Below, piece after piece: positions 28,049 through 38,108 of a stretch of 64,000 nucleotides of DNA. Every line of letters starts with the position of its first letter. Within the stretch, counting starts at the first letter, position 1. Under the pieces are notes generated by a model, which saw only the letters and a program-made list of their open reading frames with translations, made no database searches and was not told the origin of the DNA. Both the position numbers and the translations under genes were made by a program. Source of the DNA: Bacteroidaceae bacterium (lineage in GTDB: Bacteria; Bacteroidota; Bacteroidia; Bacteroidales; Bacteroidaceae); assembly GCA_016291905.1 (NCBI GenBank), contig JAEEZS010000067.1:7926-71925 (forward strand), given 5' to 3'.

Positions 28049-30211
28049 TTATTCCTCCATGAGGAGTTCGCAAATCTTGGCAGCGGAGGTACAGACATTG
28101 GAGCCTGGACCGAATACAGCCGCTACACCAGCCTTGTAGAGGAAATCGTAGTCCTGAGCGGGGATGACACCGCCAGCGATAATCATAATGTCCTCTCGGC
28201 CGAGCTTCTTGAGCTCTTCGATGACTTGCGGGATGAGCGTCTTGTGTCCGGCAGCCAGTGAGCTGACACCGAGCACGTCAACGTCGTTCTCCACAGCCTG
28301 CTTGGCGCTCTCAGCGGGTGTCTGGAACAAGGGTCCCATATCCACGTCGAAACCGCAGTCGGCATAGCCGGTGGCAACCACTTTGGCACCACGGTCGTGG
28401 CCGTCCTGACCCATCTTGGCAATCATGATGCGGGGACGACGACCGTTCCGCTTGGCAAACTCTTCGGTGAGGGCGCAAGCACGCTGGTACTCGCTGTCCT
28501 TCTTGGTTTCTGAACTATACACTCCTGAAATGGTTCTGATGATGGCATTGTAACGGCCCACGATAGCCTCGCAGGCATCGCTGATTTCGCCGAGGGTGCA
28601 ACGCAGGCCGGCAGCCTTGACGGCAAGGTCAAGCAGGTTGTTCTCGCTGCGCTTGCCCTCGTTGAACTCCTTGACGCATTTCGTAATCTCCTCAAGAGCA
28701 GCCTTGCAGGCAGCCTCGTCGCGGCCTTCGCGCAATTTCTTCAGTCCTTCAATCTGCTCCAGACGCACAGCCGTGTTGTCGACCTCAAGGATGTCGATGG
28801 GGTCTTCCTTCTCCAGGCGGTACTTATTGGTGCCGACGATGGTCTGCACACCGCTGTCGATACGGGCCTGCGTGCGTGCGGAAGCCTCTTCGATACGCAT
28901 CTTGGGCAGGCCTGTTTCGATAGCCTTGGCCATACCGCCCAGCTGCTCAATCTCCTGGATGTGCTCCCACGCCTTGTGGGCAAGCTCGTTGGTGAGGCTC
29001 TCCACATAGTAGCTGCCGCCCCACGGGTCGACGTTCTTGCAGACGTAGGTCTCTTCCTGAATATAAATCTGGGTGTTACGGGCGATACGGGCGCTGAAGT
29101 CCGTCGGCAGGGCGATAGCCTCGTCGAGGGCGTTGGTGTGGAGGCTCTGGGTGTGGCCCAGGGCGGCTGCCATAGCCTCGATGCAGGTGCGGCCCACGTT
29201 GTTGAACGGGTCTTGCTCGGTGAGGCTCCAGCCAGACGTCTGCGAGTGGGTACGCAGGGCGAGTGACTTCGGGTTCTTCGGGTCGAAGCTGTGGACAATC
29301 TTAGCCCAGAGCATACGGGCGGCACGCATCTTCGCAATCTCCATGAAGTGGTTCATGCCGATAGCCCAGAAGAACGAGAGGCGGGGAGCAAAAGCGTCGA
29401 CGCTCATGCCAGCCTTCACACCGGCGCGGAGGTATTCCAGACCGTCGGACAGCGTGTAGGCAAGCTCAATGTCTGCAGTAGCACCAGCCTCCTGGATGTG
29501 GTAGCCGGAGATGGAGATGCTGTTGAACTTGGGCATGTTCTTGGAGGTGTACTCGAAGATGTCGGAGATAATCTTCATGGAGAACGCGGGCGGATAGATG
29601 TAGGTGTTACGCACCATGAACTCCTTGAGGATGTCGTTCTGGATGGTTCCAGCCATTTCCTCCAACTTGGCGCCCTGTTCAAGTCCGGCGTTGATGTAGA
29701 AGGCGAGGACGGGCAGCACGGCGCCGTTCATCGTCATGGAGACGGACATTTTGTTGAGGGGGATGCCATCGAAGAGCACCTTCATGTTCTCAAGCGAGCA
29801 GATGGACACGCCAGCCTTACCGACGTCACCCACGACACGCTCATGGTCAGGGTCGTAGCCACGATGGGTGGGGAGGTCAAAGGCAACCGAAAGACCCTTC
29901 TGACCAGAAGCCAGGTTGCGGCGATAGAAGGCGTTGGACTCCTCAGCCGTCGAGAAACCGGCATACTGACGGATGGTCCAGGGACGCATGACGTACATGG
30001 TGGAGTAGGGACCACGGAGGTTGGGGGCGATACCTGCAGCATAGTTCAGGTGCTCCATTCCCTCAAGGTCTTCCTTTGTGTAGACGGGCTTCACATCGAT
30101 GAGCTCCGGTGTGCGCCAGTTAGCCTCGATGTGGTTTTCCTTTTGCCATTCGGCACCATTCTGAGCGGTGAAACCGGCACAGATATCGATATCTTTGAAA
30201 TTCTTTCTCAT
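28049..30211 (-). CDS. mutB: Methylmalonyl-CoA mutase, large (alpha, B12-binding) subunit
   Basis: 720 aa. Strong family signatures ([45 protein letters not shown]) and a C-terminal B12-binding domain ([13 protein letters not shown]). Confidence 0.95.
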   Translation of the reverse strand: MRKNFKDIDICAGFTAQNGAEWQKENHIEANWRTPELIDVKPVYTKEDLEGMEHLNYAAGIAPNLRGPYSTMYVMRPWTIRQYAGFSTAEESNAFYRRNLASGQKGLSVAFDLPTHRGYDPDHERVVGDVGKAGVSICSLENMKVLFDGIPLNKMSVSMTMNGAVLPVLAFYINAGLEQGAKLEEMAGTIQNDILKEFMVRNTYIYPPAFSMKIISDIFEYTSKNMPKFNSISISGYHIQEAGATADIELAYTLSDGLEYLRAGVKAGMSVDAFAPRLSFFWAIGMNHFMEIAKMRAARMLWAKIVHSFDPKNPKSLALRTHSQTSGWSLTEQDPFNNVGRTCIEAMAAALGHTQSLHTNALDEAIALPTDFSARIARNTQIYIQEETYVCKNVDPWGGSYYVESLTNELAHKAWEHIQEIEQLGGMAKAIETGLPKMRIEEASARTQARIDSGVQTIVGTNKYRLEKEDPIDILEVDNTAVRLEQIEGLKKLREGRDEAACKAALEEITKCVKEFNEGKRSENNLLDLAVKAAGLRCTLGEISDACEAIVGRYNAIIRTISGVYSSETKKDSEYQRACALTEEFAKRNGRRPRIMIAKMGQDGHDRGAKVVATGYADCGFDVDMGPLFQTPAESAKQAVENDVDVLGVSSLAAGHKTLIPQVIEELKKLGREDIMIIAGGVIPAQDYDFLYKAGVAAVFGPGSNVCTSAAKICELLMEE

Positions 30212-30222
30212 AGCGGTTCGGT

Positions 30223-32079
30223 TTATTTGATGTTCAGAATAGTGTTGAAGTTTTTCAGCGTGTCAAGCACGTTGCAGCGGATGTGGATGAAGTGCTCGAT
30301 GCCAGCGGCCTTGAGGTCGTCCATGCACGCGGGGGCACCAGCCACGATGTACATAGCACGTCCAGCGAGGTACTGGAAGGCGGGGATGGCATACTCGGCA
30401 TACTCGTCGTCGCTCGAGCAGAGCACCACGATGTCGGCACCTGCCTTCAGGGCAGCGTCAACACCTTCCTCGACGGTCTTAAAGCCGAGGTTGTCGATAA
30501 CCTGATAGCCGGCACAGGCGAGGAAGTTGCACGAGAACTGGGCACGGGCCTGGCGCATAGCCAGGTTGCCGATGGTAAGCATGAATGCCTTGGGGCGCTT
30601 GCCGCTCTTCTCGGTCTGCAGACGCAGAGCCTCAAACTCGCTGGCGGCGCGATGGAAGTCGAGCTTCTCGTAGGCGGGAGCTTCCTCTGAGCAGCTGCAG
30701 CAGCAGGGGCTGACAGGCTCCTTGCCGTTGGCCAGTTCATTGAAGTTGGGGTACTGGTTGGTGCCGAGCAGGATTTCCTTGCGCTTGCTGACAGCCTCGT
30801 GACGAGCCTTCCCACTGGCGTTGACGGCTTCCTGAACCTTATTGGCCTTGGCCTGGGCGAGGAACCCACCGTCCTCTTCCACAGCGAGGAACAGCTTCCA
30901 ACCCTCCTTGGCGAGGTTGTTGGTCAGGGTCTCAATGTAGTAGCTTCCGGCCGACGGGTCGACAATCTTGTCCATGTGGCTCTCTTCCTTGAGCAGCAGC
31001 TGCTGGTTGCGGGCGAGGCGCTCGCTGAAGGCGTCGGGAGTCTCGTAGGTCTTGTCGAAGGGGCAGACGGTGATGGAGTCAACACCCGCGATAGCGGCGC
31101 TCATAGCCTCCGTCTGACTGCGCAGCAGGTTCACGTGGGCGTCAAACACCGTCATGTTGAACGTGCTGGTTTCGGCGTGAGCCGCCATCTTGCAGGCACA
31201 GTCGCACTTGGGCTCATACTGCTTCACAATCTGTGCCCACAGCATACGGGCAGCGCGGAACTTGGCAATCTCGAAGAAGTAGTTGCCGCTGATGCCGAAG
31301 TTGAACTTGATAGCTTTTGCAGCCTTGTCAGCAGGCACGCCTGCCTCAGTCATCAGCTGCAGGTACTCGTTGCCCCAAGCCAGTGCGTAGCCCAGTTCCT
31401 GATAGATGTAGGCGCCGGCGTTGCAGAGGTTAACGGCATTGACAGCCACGGGACGGAAGCCGGGCATCTCCTCACAGACTTCCACCAGTGCTTTCAGCGT
31501 AGCCGTGAAGTCGCCTACCTCCTTGCCCTTGCTGACAATCTTGTTCATCGGGTCGAAGTTGATGGAGCCCTTCACCTCCTTCAGGTCGTAGCCCTTTGCG
31601 GTGAAATAAGCCTTCAGGATTTCAGCCAGTTCGACGACACGCTTGCCGCAGGTCTTGAAGTTCAGTTCCACAGCCGTGCAGACGATGCCGTCAAGCAGCG
31701 TGGCGATGAACTCGGCGCTGACGTCCTTGCCCTTGAAGTGGAACCCCAGCGAATCGACGCCGCGATCCAGTACGTAGAGGGCCTTTTCATTGGCCTCCTT
31801 CGGGCAGGTCACCTCAATGTTCTGGCGGATGCGCCACACATTGTTGTCCTTTTTTGTACCGCGGACGAACGGGAATTCGCCGGGCAGTGCTTTCGTGGTA
31901 GCCAGTCCCTCGATGTCTTCCAATCGGTAGAACGGCTGAACATTGAATCCCTCGTTCGTGCGCCAAACGAGTTTCTTCGCAAAGTCAGCACCCTTCAGAT
32001 CTTCGGTGATCTTCTCCATCCACGCTTCAGTGGAGGTCGGAGCAAACTCAGCGAACAGTTTCTCTTTACTATTTGCCAT
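30223..32079 (-). CDS. mutA: Methylmalonyl-CoA mutase, small (beta) subunit
   Basis: 618 aa, immediately upstream of mutB. It is mutase-like but lacks the catalytic signatures of the alpha subunit. Confidence 0.85.
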   Translation of the reverse strand: MANSKEKLFAEFAPTSTEAWMEKITEDLKGADFAKKLVWRTNEGFNVQPFYRLEDIEGLATTKALPGEFPFVRGTKKDNNVWRIRQNIEVTCPKEANEKALYVLDRGVDSLGFHFKGKDVSAEFIATLLDGIVCTAVELNFKTCGKRVVELAEILKAYFTAKGYDLKEVKGSINFDPMNKIVSKGKEVGDFTATLKALVEVCEEMPGFRPVAVNAVNLCNAGAYIYQELGYALAWGNEYLQLMTEAGVPADKAAKAIKFNFGISGNYFFEIAKFRAARMLWAQIVKQYEPKCDCACKMAAHAETSTFNMTVFDAHVNLLRSQTEAMSAAIAGVDSITVCPFDKTYETPDAFSERLARNQQLLLKEESHMDKIVDPSAGSYYIETLTNNLAKEGWKLFLAVEEDGGFLAQAKANKVQEAVNASGKARHEAVSKRKEILLGTNQYPNFNELANGKEPVSPCCCSCSEEAPAYEKLDFHRAASEFEALRLQTEKSGKRPKAFMLTIGNLAMRQARAQFSCNFLACAGYQVIDNLGFKTVEEGVDAALKAGADIVVLCSSDDEYAEYAIPAFQYLAGRAMYIVAGAPACMDDLKAAGIEHFIHIRCNVLDTLKNFNTILNIK

Positions 32080-32144
32080 AGTCTTTTAGTTGATAATAAA
32101 TATATTATAAAAAATAATAAGTATATTCTTCGTAAATAAGTCTG

Positions 32145-32152
32145 CAAAGGTA
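32145..32152 (-). promoter_or_regulatory. -7 promoter box TACCTTTG for mutA-mutB
   Basis: The minus strand reads TTGCACTACCTTTGCAGAC about 65 nt upstream of the mutA ATG. It is part of a recurring promoter cassette. Confidence 0.5.
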
Positions 32153-32248
32153 GTGCAAGCCGAACGAAAAAACAAATTTATTTGGTTTTTTCTGAGGCGC
32201 CTCCTACCTAAAAGCCCCGAAGGGGATTAAAGGTAGGGTGAATTGCCC

Positions 32249-32293
32249 AAAAAAAAACATTCGCTGCGCCTCGTCGTTTGTGCGCAGCGAATG
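32249..32293 (-). terminator. Rho-independent terminator after the DUF853 gene
   Basis: On the minus strand, a cattcgctgcgc ... gcgcagcgaatg stem is followed by T9. Confidence 0.8.
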
Positions 32294-32320
32294 TCATAGG
32301 TTCTCTTTTACGGCTTGACT

Positions 32321-33955
32321 TTACTTCACCAGGTTGCCGAGGATGGAACGGAGGATGGAGCGGGTGGCGGAGGAGGCAGCGTTGCCGATGGCGTTGCCGG
32401 CTGAGCTCTGCACGGAGCCGCTCTTTGATTTGCCCTTGACGGCTTTCTTCACTTCCTTGCCGACGGCGCTGCCTACAGCGGCTGTGGCTGAGGTGACGAG
32501 GGCACCTGCGACGACCTTGCCCAGGCTTTTGTTGCCTTTGCTGCTCTTCTTGGTGACCTTGGCGGCCTTCTCGCCTCGGGCGGGGGTACGCTCGCTCTGG
32601 CGTGCGGCTTCGATGGCACGGCGCTCGGCTTCCACTTGGGCGGCTGCGGCTTCAGCGGCTTTGGCGGCAGCCTCGCTCTCGGCAAGCAGTATCTCAAAGG
32701 CGCTCTCGCGGTCTATCATCTTGTCGTACTTGCCGTAGATGCGGCTGCGGTTGATGATCATCTCGCGCTCCGAGGAGCTGATGGCGCCAATCTGGCTGAG
32801 CGGGAAGAGAATCTTAGCGCGCTGCACCATGCCCGGGATGCCCTTCTCGTCAAGGAACGAGACAAGCGCTTCGCCCGTGCCGAGCTGGGTGATAGCCTCG
32901 GAGGTGTCGAACTTGGGGTTGGGGCGGAAGGTGTCGGCCGAGACCTTGACAGCCTTCTGGTCCTTCGGCGTATAGGCGCGGAGGGCGTGCTGCACGCGGT
33001 TGCCGAGCTGGCCCAGGATGCTCTCGGGCAGGTCGGTGGGGTACTGCGTGACGAAATAGACGCCGACGCCCTTCGAGCGGATGAGGCGGATGACCTGTTC
33101 AATCTTCTCAATCAGCGCCTTGGACGTGTCGGTGAAGAGCATGTGCGCCTCGTCGAAGAAGAACACCAGGCGCGGCAGGTCCATGTCGCCCACCTCGGGC
33201 AGCTGGGCATACAGGTCGCTCAGCAGCCAGAGCAGGAAGGTGCTGTAAAGCTTGGGGTTGAGCATCAGCTTGTCGGCAGCGAGGACACTCATCACGCCGC
33301 GTCCCCCCTCGTTGGCCAGCAGGTCGAAGATGTCGAACGACGGCTCGGCGAAGAAGAGGTTGCCGCCCTGATCCTCCAGGGAGAGGAGCGAGCGCTGGAT
33401 GGCGCCGATGCTGGCAGAGGTCATCATGCCGTACTTGGTGGTGTACTCCTTGTGGTGCTCGCTGACGTAGTTCAGCATCGAGCGGAGATCCTTGATGTCG
33501 ATGAGCAGCAACCCGCGCTCGTCGGCAATGCGGAAGACGATGTTCAGCACGCCCGTCTGCGTCTCGTTGAGGTCCAGCAGACGCGCCAGCAGCTGCGGAC
33601 CCATGTTGCTGATGGTGGTGCGCATGGGGTGGCCCTGCTCGCCATAGACGTCGTAGAAGCGCACGGGGCAGCCCTCGAACTGCGGATTCTCAATGCCGAA
33701 CTCGGGGCAGCGTTTCTCGATGAAGGAGCTCATGGCGCCCGGACGGCTGATGCCGCTCAGGTCGCCTTTCATGTCGGCCATGAAGCAGGGCACGCCTGCC
33801 TGGCAGAATGTCTCAGCCAGCACTTGCAGGGTGACGGTCTTGCCCGTACCCGTAGCACCGGCAACCAGACCATGACGGTTGGCCATCTTGCCACAGAGGT
33901 TGATGGCACCCTCTTCGCAGTGGGCAATGTAGAGATTGTTGTCTTTTGTCAGCAT
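32321..33955 (-). CDS. DUF853 / HerA-like P-loop ATPase (YjgR family) with a Lys/Ala-rich tail
   Basis: Walker A motif GATGTGKTVTLQ and the FFFDEAH box. The start MLTKDNNLYIAHCEE at 33955 is preferred over the ORF maximum (34033), which would overlap rfbB. Confidence 0.85.
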   Translation of the reverse strand: MLTKDNNLYIAHCEEGAINLCGKMANRHGLVAGATGTGKTVTLQVLAETFCQAGVPCFMADMKGDLSGISRPGAMSSFIEKRCPEFGIENPQFEGCPVRFYDVYGEQGHPMRTTISNMGPQLLARLLDLNETQTGVLNIVFRIADERGLLLIDIKDLRSMLNYVSEHHKEYTTKYGMMTSASIGAIQRSLLSLEDQGGNLFFAEPSFDIFDLLANEGGRGVMSVLAADKLMLNPKLYSTFLLWLLSDLYAQLPEVGDMDLPRLVFFFDEAHMLFTDTSKALIEKIEQVIRLIRSKGVGVYFVTQYPTDLPESILGQLGNRVQHALRAYTPKDQKAVKVSADTFRPNPKFDTSEAITQLGTGEALVSFLDEKGIPGMVQRAKILFPLSQIGAISSSEREMIINRSRIYGKYDKMIDRESAFEILLAESEAAAKAAEAAAAQVEAERRAIEAARQSERTPARGEKAAKVTKKSSKGNKSLGKVVAGALVTSATAAVGSAVGKEVKKAVKGKSKSGSVQSSAGNAIGNAASSATRSILRSILGNLVK

Positions 33956-33966
33956 ATAAATGGATT

Positions 33967-35103
33967 TTAGCGGTTTTTGTACATGTCGTCGTAGTATTTC
34001 TGATAGTCGCCACTGGTGACGTTGTCCAGCCACTCCTGGTTGTCGAGGTACCAGCGGACGGTCTTCTCGATGCCCTCCTCGAACTGCAGGCTGGGCTCCC
34101 AGCCGAGTTCGCGCTGCAGCTTGCTGCTGTCGATGGCATAGCGCAGGTCGTGCCCCGCACGGTCGGTGACGTAGGTGATGAGGTCCATGTCGGCGCCCTC
34201 GGGACGTCCCAGCAGGCGGTCAACGGTGTTGATCAGCACGCGGATGATGTCGATGTTCTTCCACTCGTTGAAGCCTCCGATGTTGTACGTCTCGGCAATG
34301 GTGCCGCGATGGAAGATGACGTCGATGGCGCGGGCGTGGTCCTCGACGTAGAGCCAGTCGCGCACGTTCTCGCCCTTGCCGTACACGGGCAGGGGCTTGC
34401 GGTGGCGTATGTTGTTGATGAAGAGCGGGATGAGCTTCTCGGGGAACTGATAGGGGCCGTAGTTGTTCGAGCAGTTCGTCACGATGGTGGGCAGGCCGTA
34501 GGTGTCGTGGTAGGCGCGCACGAAGTGGTCGCTGGAGGCCTTGGCGGCGCTGTAGGGGCTGTGCGGCTGGTACTTCAGGTCTTCGGTGAAGAACAGTTCG
34601 CCGTAGGCCAGGTGGTGCTGCCCGCTGCTGGCTTTCGTCGTGAACGGCGGCTGTATGCCCTCGGGGTGCGTCATCTCCAGGGCGCCATACACCTCGTCGG
34701 TGCTGATGTGGTAGAAGCGCTTGCCCTCGTAGCCCTCCGGCAGGCTCTCCCAGTAGAGTTTCGCGGCCTGCAGCAGGCTGAGCGTGCCCATGACGTTCGT
34801 CTTCGCAAAGGTGAACGGGTCCTTGATGCTGCGGTCCACGTGGCTCTCGGCAGCGAGGTGGATGATGCCGTCGACGTGCTCGCGTTGCATGAGGGCGCAG
34901 ATGGTGTCGAAGTCGCAGATGTCGGCGCGGACGAAGGAGTAGTTCGGCTTGTCCTCAATGTCCTTCAGGTTGGCCAGGTTGCCTGCATACGTCAGTTTGT
35001 CCACGTTGATGACACGGTACTCGGGGTACTTGTTCACGAAGAGACGGACGACGTGGCTGCCGATGAAGCCTGCTCCACCTGTGACGATGAGGGTTCGGTT
35101 CAT
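33967..35103 (-). CDS. rfbB: dTDP-glucose 4,6-dehydratase
   Basis: 378 aa with an N-terminal Rossmann motif TGGAGFIGSH, an SDR catalytic YSAAK motif and overall RfbB-like sequence. Confidence 0.9.
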   Translation of the reverse strand: MNRTLIVTGGAGFIGSHVVRLFVNKYPEYRVINVDKLTYAGNLANLKDIEDKPNYSFVRADICDFDTICALMQREHVDGIIHLAAESHVDRSIKDPFTFAKTNVMGTLSLLQAAKLYWESLPEGYEGKRFYHISTDEVYGALEMTHPEGIQPPFTTKASSGQHHLAYGELFFTEDLKYQPHSPYSAAKASSDHFVRAYHDTYGLPTIVTNCSNNYGPYQFPEKLIPLFINNIRHRKPLPVYGKGENVRDWLYVEDHARAIDVIFHRGTIAETYNIGGFNEWKNIDIIRVLINTVDRLLGRPEGADMDLITYVTDRAGHDLRYAIDSSKLQRELGWEPSLQFEEGIEKTVRWYLDNQEWLDNVTSGDYQKYYDDMYKNR

Positions 35104-35154
35104 ATTCTGTGCTGAATATTATAGTATTACGATTCTTCTTTTGGATTATGGGTA

Positions 35155-35162
35155 CAAAGATA
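35155..35162 (-). promoter_or_regulatory. -7 promoter box TATCTTTG for rfbB
   Basis: The minus strand reads CCTTGCACTATCTTTGTACCC about 50 nt upstream of the rfbB ATG. The same cassette occurs at 40750-40775. Confidence 0.55.
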
Positions 35163-35368
35163 GTGCAAGGCGAGCGAAAAACCAAATATATTTGAGTTTT
35201 TCCGAGCCGCAGCCTATCTAAAAGCCTCCGAAGGAGGATTAAAGATAGTGAACCGAGCGAAAAACCAAATATATTTGGATTTTTCCGAGCCGCAGCCTAT
35301 CTAAAAGCCTCCGAAGGAGGATTAAAGATAGTGAACCGAGCGAAAAACCAAATATATTTGGATTTTTG
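35156..35368. repeat. About 84-bp tandem repeat (about 2.5 copies), each with a promoter-like cassette plus a cUUCGg/GAAG hairpin
   Basis: aaagatagtg recurs at 35156, 35241 and 35324. The units share ...gagcgaaaaaccaaatatatttgg(a/t)tttttccgagccgcagcctatctaaaagcctccgaaggaggattaaagatagtg. Confidence 0.85.
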
Positions 35369-35418
35369 AGGAATAAACTATTATTTTGACATTTTTTGGA
35401 ACTATCGAAAAATCTAAG

Positions 35419-35426
35419 TATATTTG
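35419..35426 (+). promoter_or_regulatory. -7 promoter box TATATTTG at the start of AT-rich island 1
   Basis: It matches TAnnTTTG about 100 nt upstream of the 35527 ATG. Confidence 0.4.
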
Positions 35427-35526
35427 CCGAGGAAAAGAAAACCCCAACCACTCGATATACGTATACAGCCTTTTGACGGCATCAAAAGAATGCTTTCCTT
35501 TGCAGAAAAAAGAAACACGATGGATT

Positions 35527-35784
35527 ATGGATGAAATACTAGTAGAACAAATCAGGTGCTTGAATCAGATTAGTGCGTGGGAAACCTTTGGAATGCACGC
35601 TGTTGCCGTGGTGAGCAAAGGCAATCCAGGCGAGTATGAGAACAACCCGACAGTTATTGAATATCAGGCAAAAGGCTACGAACTGGTTGATGCCAATATG
35701 TTTGGTCAGGGAGGAGAGACAGGCGAGATCTTGATATTCAATAAAGTCGAGGATGGGGATGTTAAGAGAGGATGGGGATGTTAA
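35527..35784 (+). CDS. Hypothetical small protein (85 aa)
   Basis: This is the ORF 35386-35784 trimmed to the first ATG downstream of the predicted promoter (MDEILVEQIRCLNQ...). No recognisable motif. Confidence 0.45.
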   Translation: MDEILVEQIRCLNQISAWETFGMHAVAVVSKGNPGEYENNPTVIEYQAKGYELVDANMFGQGGETGEILIFNKVEDGDVKRGWGC

Positions 35785-36617
35785 GAAATGACGGGTCGGA
35801 AAGAACGAAGTTGTTAAAAGAACAAAGCATGAACGAAGCAACGGATTTCCATTTTCAAAGCATTTTCAAGGTTAAGCGATATTATTATTGCCATTATAAC
35901 ATAAAGAAATGCCATTGGCCGGAGTTCAAACTATATTCGCCAGATTCGATATACTTTCAAACACTGGCAGAAGCGGAGGAATACGTACAACGCTTCTCCC
36001 AGTACTCCTGTCGCGATACATACGCATTTGTCGTCACTGAGTTGCCTTTAGGGTTTCAACTTAGGGATCGTATTTCCGAAGATTACTTTTCCGAACGAAT
36101 CTATCTTCCTGACGGTACTTTGTGGGGCGTAAACGACTATGCTGATATCATGCAAACGTGGACTCCTCTTTCAGTAGATGAAGCAGAGCTGGGGCATTAT
36201 TTGGGAAAGAAACGGATGTTTCATGGGCGCACACCCGAAGAAATCCGGTTCAAGCCAGGAGATATTGTAGAGGTGTTCTGTTATCCGGGAAACAGCTTCT
36301 GGGGCGATGATTACGTGAGTCTTGCCATTGTTGTTCAGACACCTCCCCCTGTGGATGAGGTGGCCAGAATGAGAGAAGATTACATGGCAACCCACAGCGA
36401 CTATGATCTTTCCGACCATAGTTTGGGCTATGAATTTGGAAGCCACCTTGACTGCTATATTGTCATACCCTATAATTTTGGCGACACCGACTATTCTCCG
36501 ACAATTGCAACAATGAGGCCATCATTGCCAATCTCAACCAGAAGGAAGAATTTGCTTATAAGCCAGTACGAACAATACCTTGCGGGAGAACTGAAACCAA
36601 AAGAAATCAACCAATGA
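35772..36617 (+). CDS. Hypothetical protein (281 aa; alternative start MNEATDF at 35829)
   Basis: Long ORF in the AT-rich island with no recognisable motif. Its 5' end lies inside a 19-bp tandem duplication, so the 35829 start may be the real one. Confidence 0.55.
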   Translation: MGMLRNDGSERTKLLKEQSMNEATDFHFQSIFKVKRYYYCHYNIKKCHWPEFKLYSPDSIYFQTLAEAEEYVQRFSQYSCRDTYAFVVTELPLGFQLRDRISEDYFSERIYLPDGTLWGVNDYADIMQTWTPLSVDEAELGHYLGKKRMFHGRTPEEIRFKPGDIVEVFCYPGNSFWGDDYVSLAIVVQTPPPVDEVARMREDYMATHSDYDLSDHSLGYEFGSHLDCYIVIPYNFGDTDYSPTIATMRPSLPISTRRKNLLISQYEQYLAGELKPKEINQ

Positions 36618-36673
36618 GACATTAAATAAAAATATTAGATAAGATTATTTTGGAAAGAAGGAAACAGAGTAGT

Positions 36674-37471
36674 ATGTTAGTGGAAGGCGTTCAATATAAT
36701 GAAAAGGAGGACTCCTTTACCTTTAATTTCCTAAATGATTCGAAACAGGATATTATCAAATTAACAAATCACGGACTACATAAGAGTGAGTTATATAATA
36801 AATGTTTCTTTTTCAAATATCAGTTTGATCCTGACGTGAGCAAGCCAATTAGGTCAAAGTATATTGAATATATTAAATTTCATGAGAATATGAAGGACAA
36901 TGATATTTCAACCTTCATTAAAAGGGCTGTTAATTCACTGGATAGCACTATCAATCTAAGAGGATACAATACCGTCGTTTATCCACAATCCATGTCAGAG
37001 ATTAATAGAGAAATGCTTTCGTATTTGAGGATGTTTGGCTATCCTGAATTCATCCCATTTGAACTTGCAAAGATTCCTCCATCTGAGATAGTATTTGATT
37101 ATGACTCATACAAACGTGAGGTTTTGGATTCCACACATCAAATCGGGAATAGGGTGTTTCCCAAATACACAGAAGAACAAAAACGTGAAAAACTCTCGGA
37201 TATAGAGAAAATGATGGACGAATTGAGGAAAAAGGATTATTTCACAATTGGTAATGATTCGAAAGTAAAATACCGCAATTATCTACATAATATTTTCCGT
37301 TTCAACAATGAAGAAGAACGGATGGCGTTTGAAAAACTAACCAAACCTAAAGTACTCATCATTGATGATGTTAAAACAAGTGGTGCGTCACTAAATTTCG
37401 TTATTGATACTTTATATAAGGTTAATCCGTCTGTGACGGTTGTAGTGTTTTCATTAATTGGAAAAGACTAG
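36674..37471 (+). CDS. ComF-like phosphoribosyltransferase-domain protein
   Basis: The C-terminal PRPP-binding loop VLIIDDVKTSGASL matches the type I PRTase motif (hydrophobic x4-DD-x-x-T/S-G-x-T/S). The ORF-track start is TTG at 36650; the first ATG is at 36674. Confidence 0.6.
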   Translation: MLVEGVQYNEKEDSFTFNFLNDSKQDIIKLTNHGLHKSELYNKCFFFKYQFDPDVSKPIRSKYIEYIKFHENMKDNDISTFIKRAVNSLDSTINLRGYNTVVYPQSMSEINREMLSYLRMFGYPEFIPFELAKIPPSEIVFDYDSYKREVLDSTHQIGNRVFPKYTEEQKREKLSDIEKMMDELRKKDYFTIGNDSKVKYRNYLHNIFRFNNEEERMAFEKLTKPKVLIIDDVKTSGASLNFVIDTLYKVNPSVTVVVFSLIGKD

Positions 37472-37520
37472 TAAATTTGAATTTAGGGGTATTTTTGCGG
37501 ATAATCATAATAAAGTGCTT

Positions 37521-37991
37521 ATGCCAAAGAAAGTGACAAAATTAACAGAGGACGAATTGGAAGATGTTGTTAAGGAATCTTTCAAAAGAGTCCATGACGA
37601 ATATGCCGTTGCTTTGAACGATGAAAACGGTAATAGGACTATTGGGAGGAACATAATCAACGAAATGGCAAGATTGAACAAGAAAGATGGCCCACAATCA
37701 CCTTTTCCTTCTGATAAGTACAAAATTTGGGTTCAAGGCGATAATTCACCCCACAAACCACCGCACATGCACATAAATTACCCGCAAGAAGGTTGGCAAA
37801 TCAAGGTTTATATTGAGAATGGAGAACTGTGGAGCGTTGTAAGTTATGGTAATAGGGGAAGAAATGACACATTTTCTGATGTTATAAATTGGGTCAAAAA
37901 ATGGTTTGAAATGCCCACCACAATGCCAGGACGTGTCGGAACAAATCAACAAGCAGCATTGAACGAATGGGATGCTTGTAATAATGATTAA
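37521..37991 (+). CDS. Hypothetical protein with a DUF4160-like C-terminal region
   Basis: SPHKPPHMHINYPQEGWQIKVYIENGEL resembles the H-x-PPH-x-H core of DUF4160. The ORF-track start is TTG at 37458; the first ATG is at 37521. Confidence 0.45.
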   Translation: MPKKVTKLTEDELEDVVKESFKRVHDEYAVALNDENGNRTIGRNIINEMARLNKKDGPQSPFPSDKYKIWVQGDNSPHKPPHMHINYPQEGWQIKVYIENGELWSVVSYGNRGRNDTFSDVINWVKKWFEMPTTMPGRVGTNQQAALNEWDACNND

Positions 37992-38108
37992 GCTGTGTTT
38001 TTTTCATACAGTTTTAACCCACCTATTCAGGATAATCTGCAATATCATTGCCTAAATATTTGCTTATTTGAAATAGTTTCATTAATTTTGCCACCAAATA
38101 TAGTGCAT

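Noticed and set aside
35386-35526. Full-length 132-aa version of the first island-1 ORF
   Set aside because: Its first 47 codons span the predicted TATATTTG promoter box (35419-35426) and read through low-complexity AT-rich sequence. The ORF was trimmed to the ATG at 35527.
36674-37471. Assignment of the PRTase-domain gene to the ShosTA defence system
   Set aside because: ShosTA requires a DprA-like ShosA partner, and none of the neighbouring ORFs shows DprA/Rossmann-like motifs. Only the generic PRPP-binding loop is shared.
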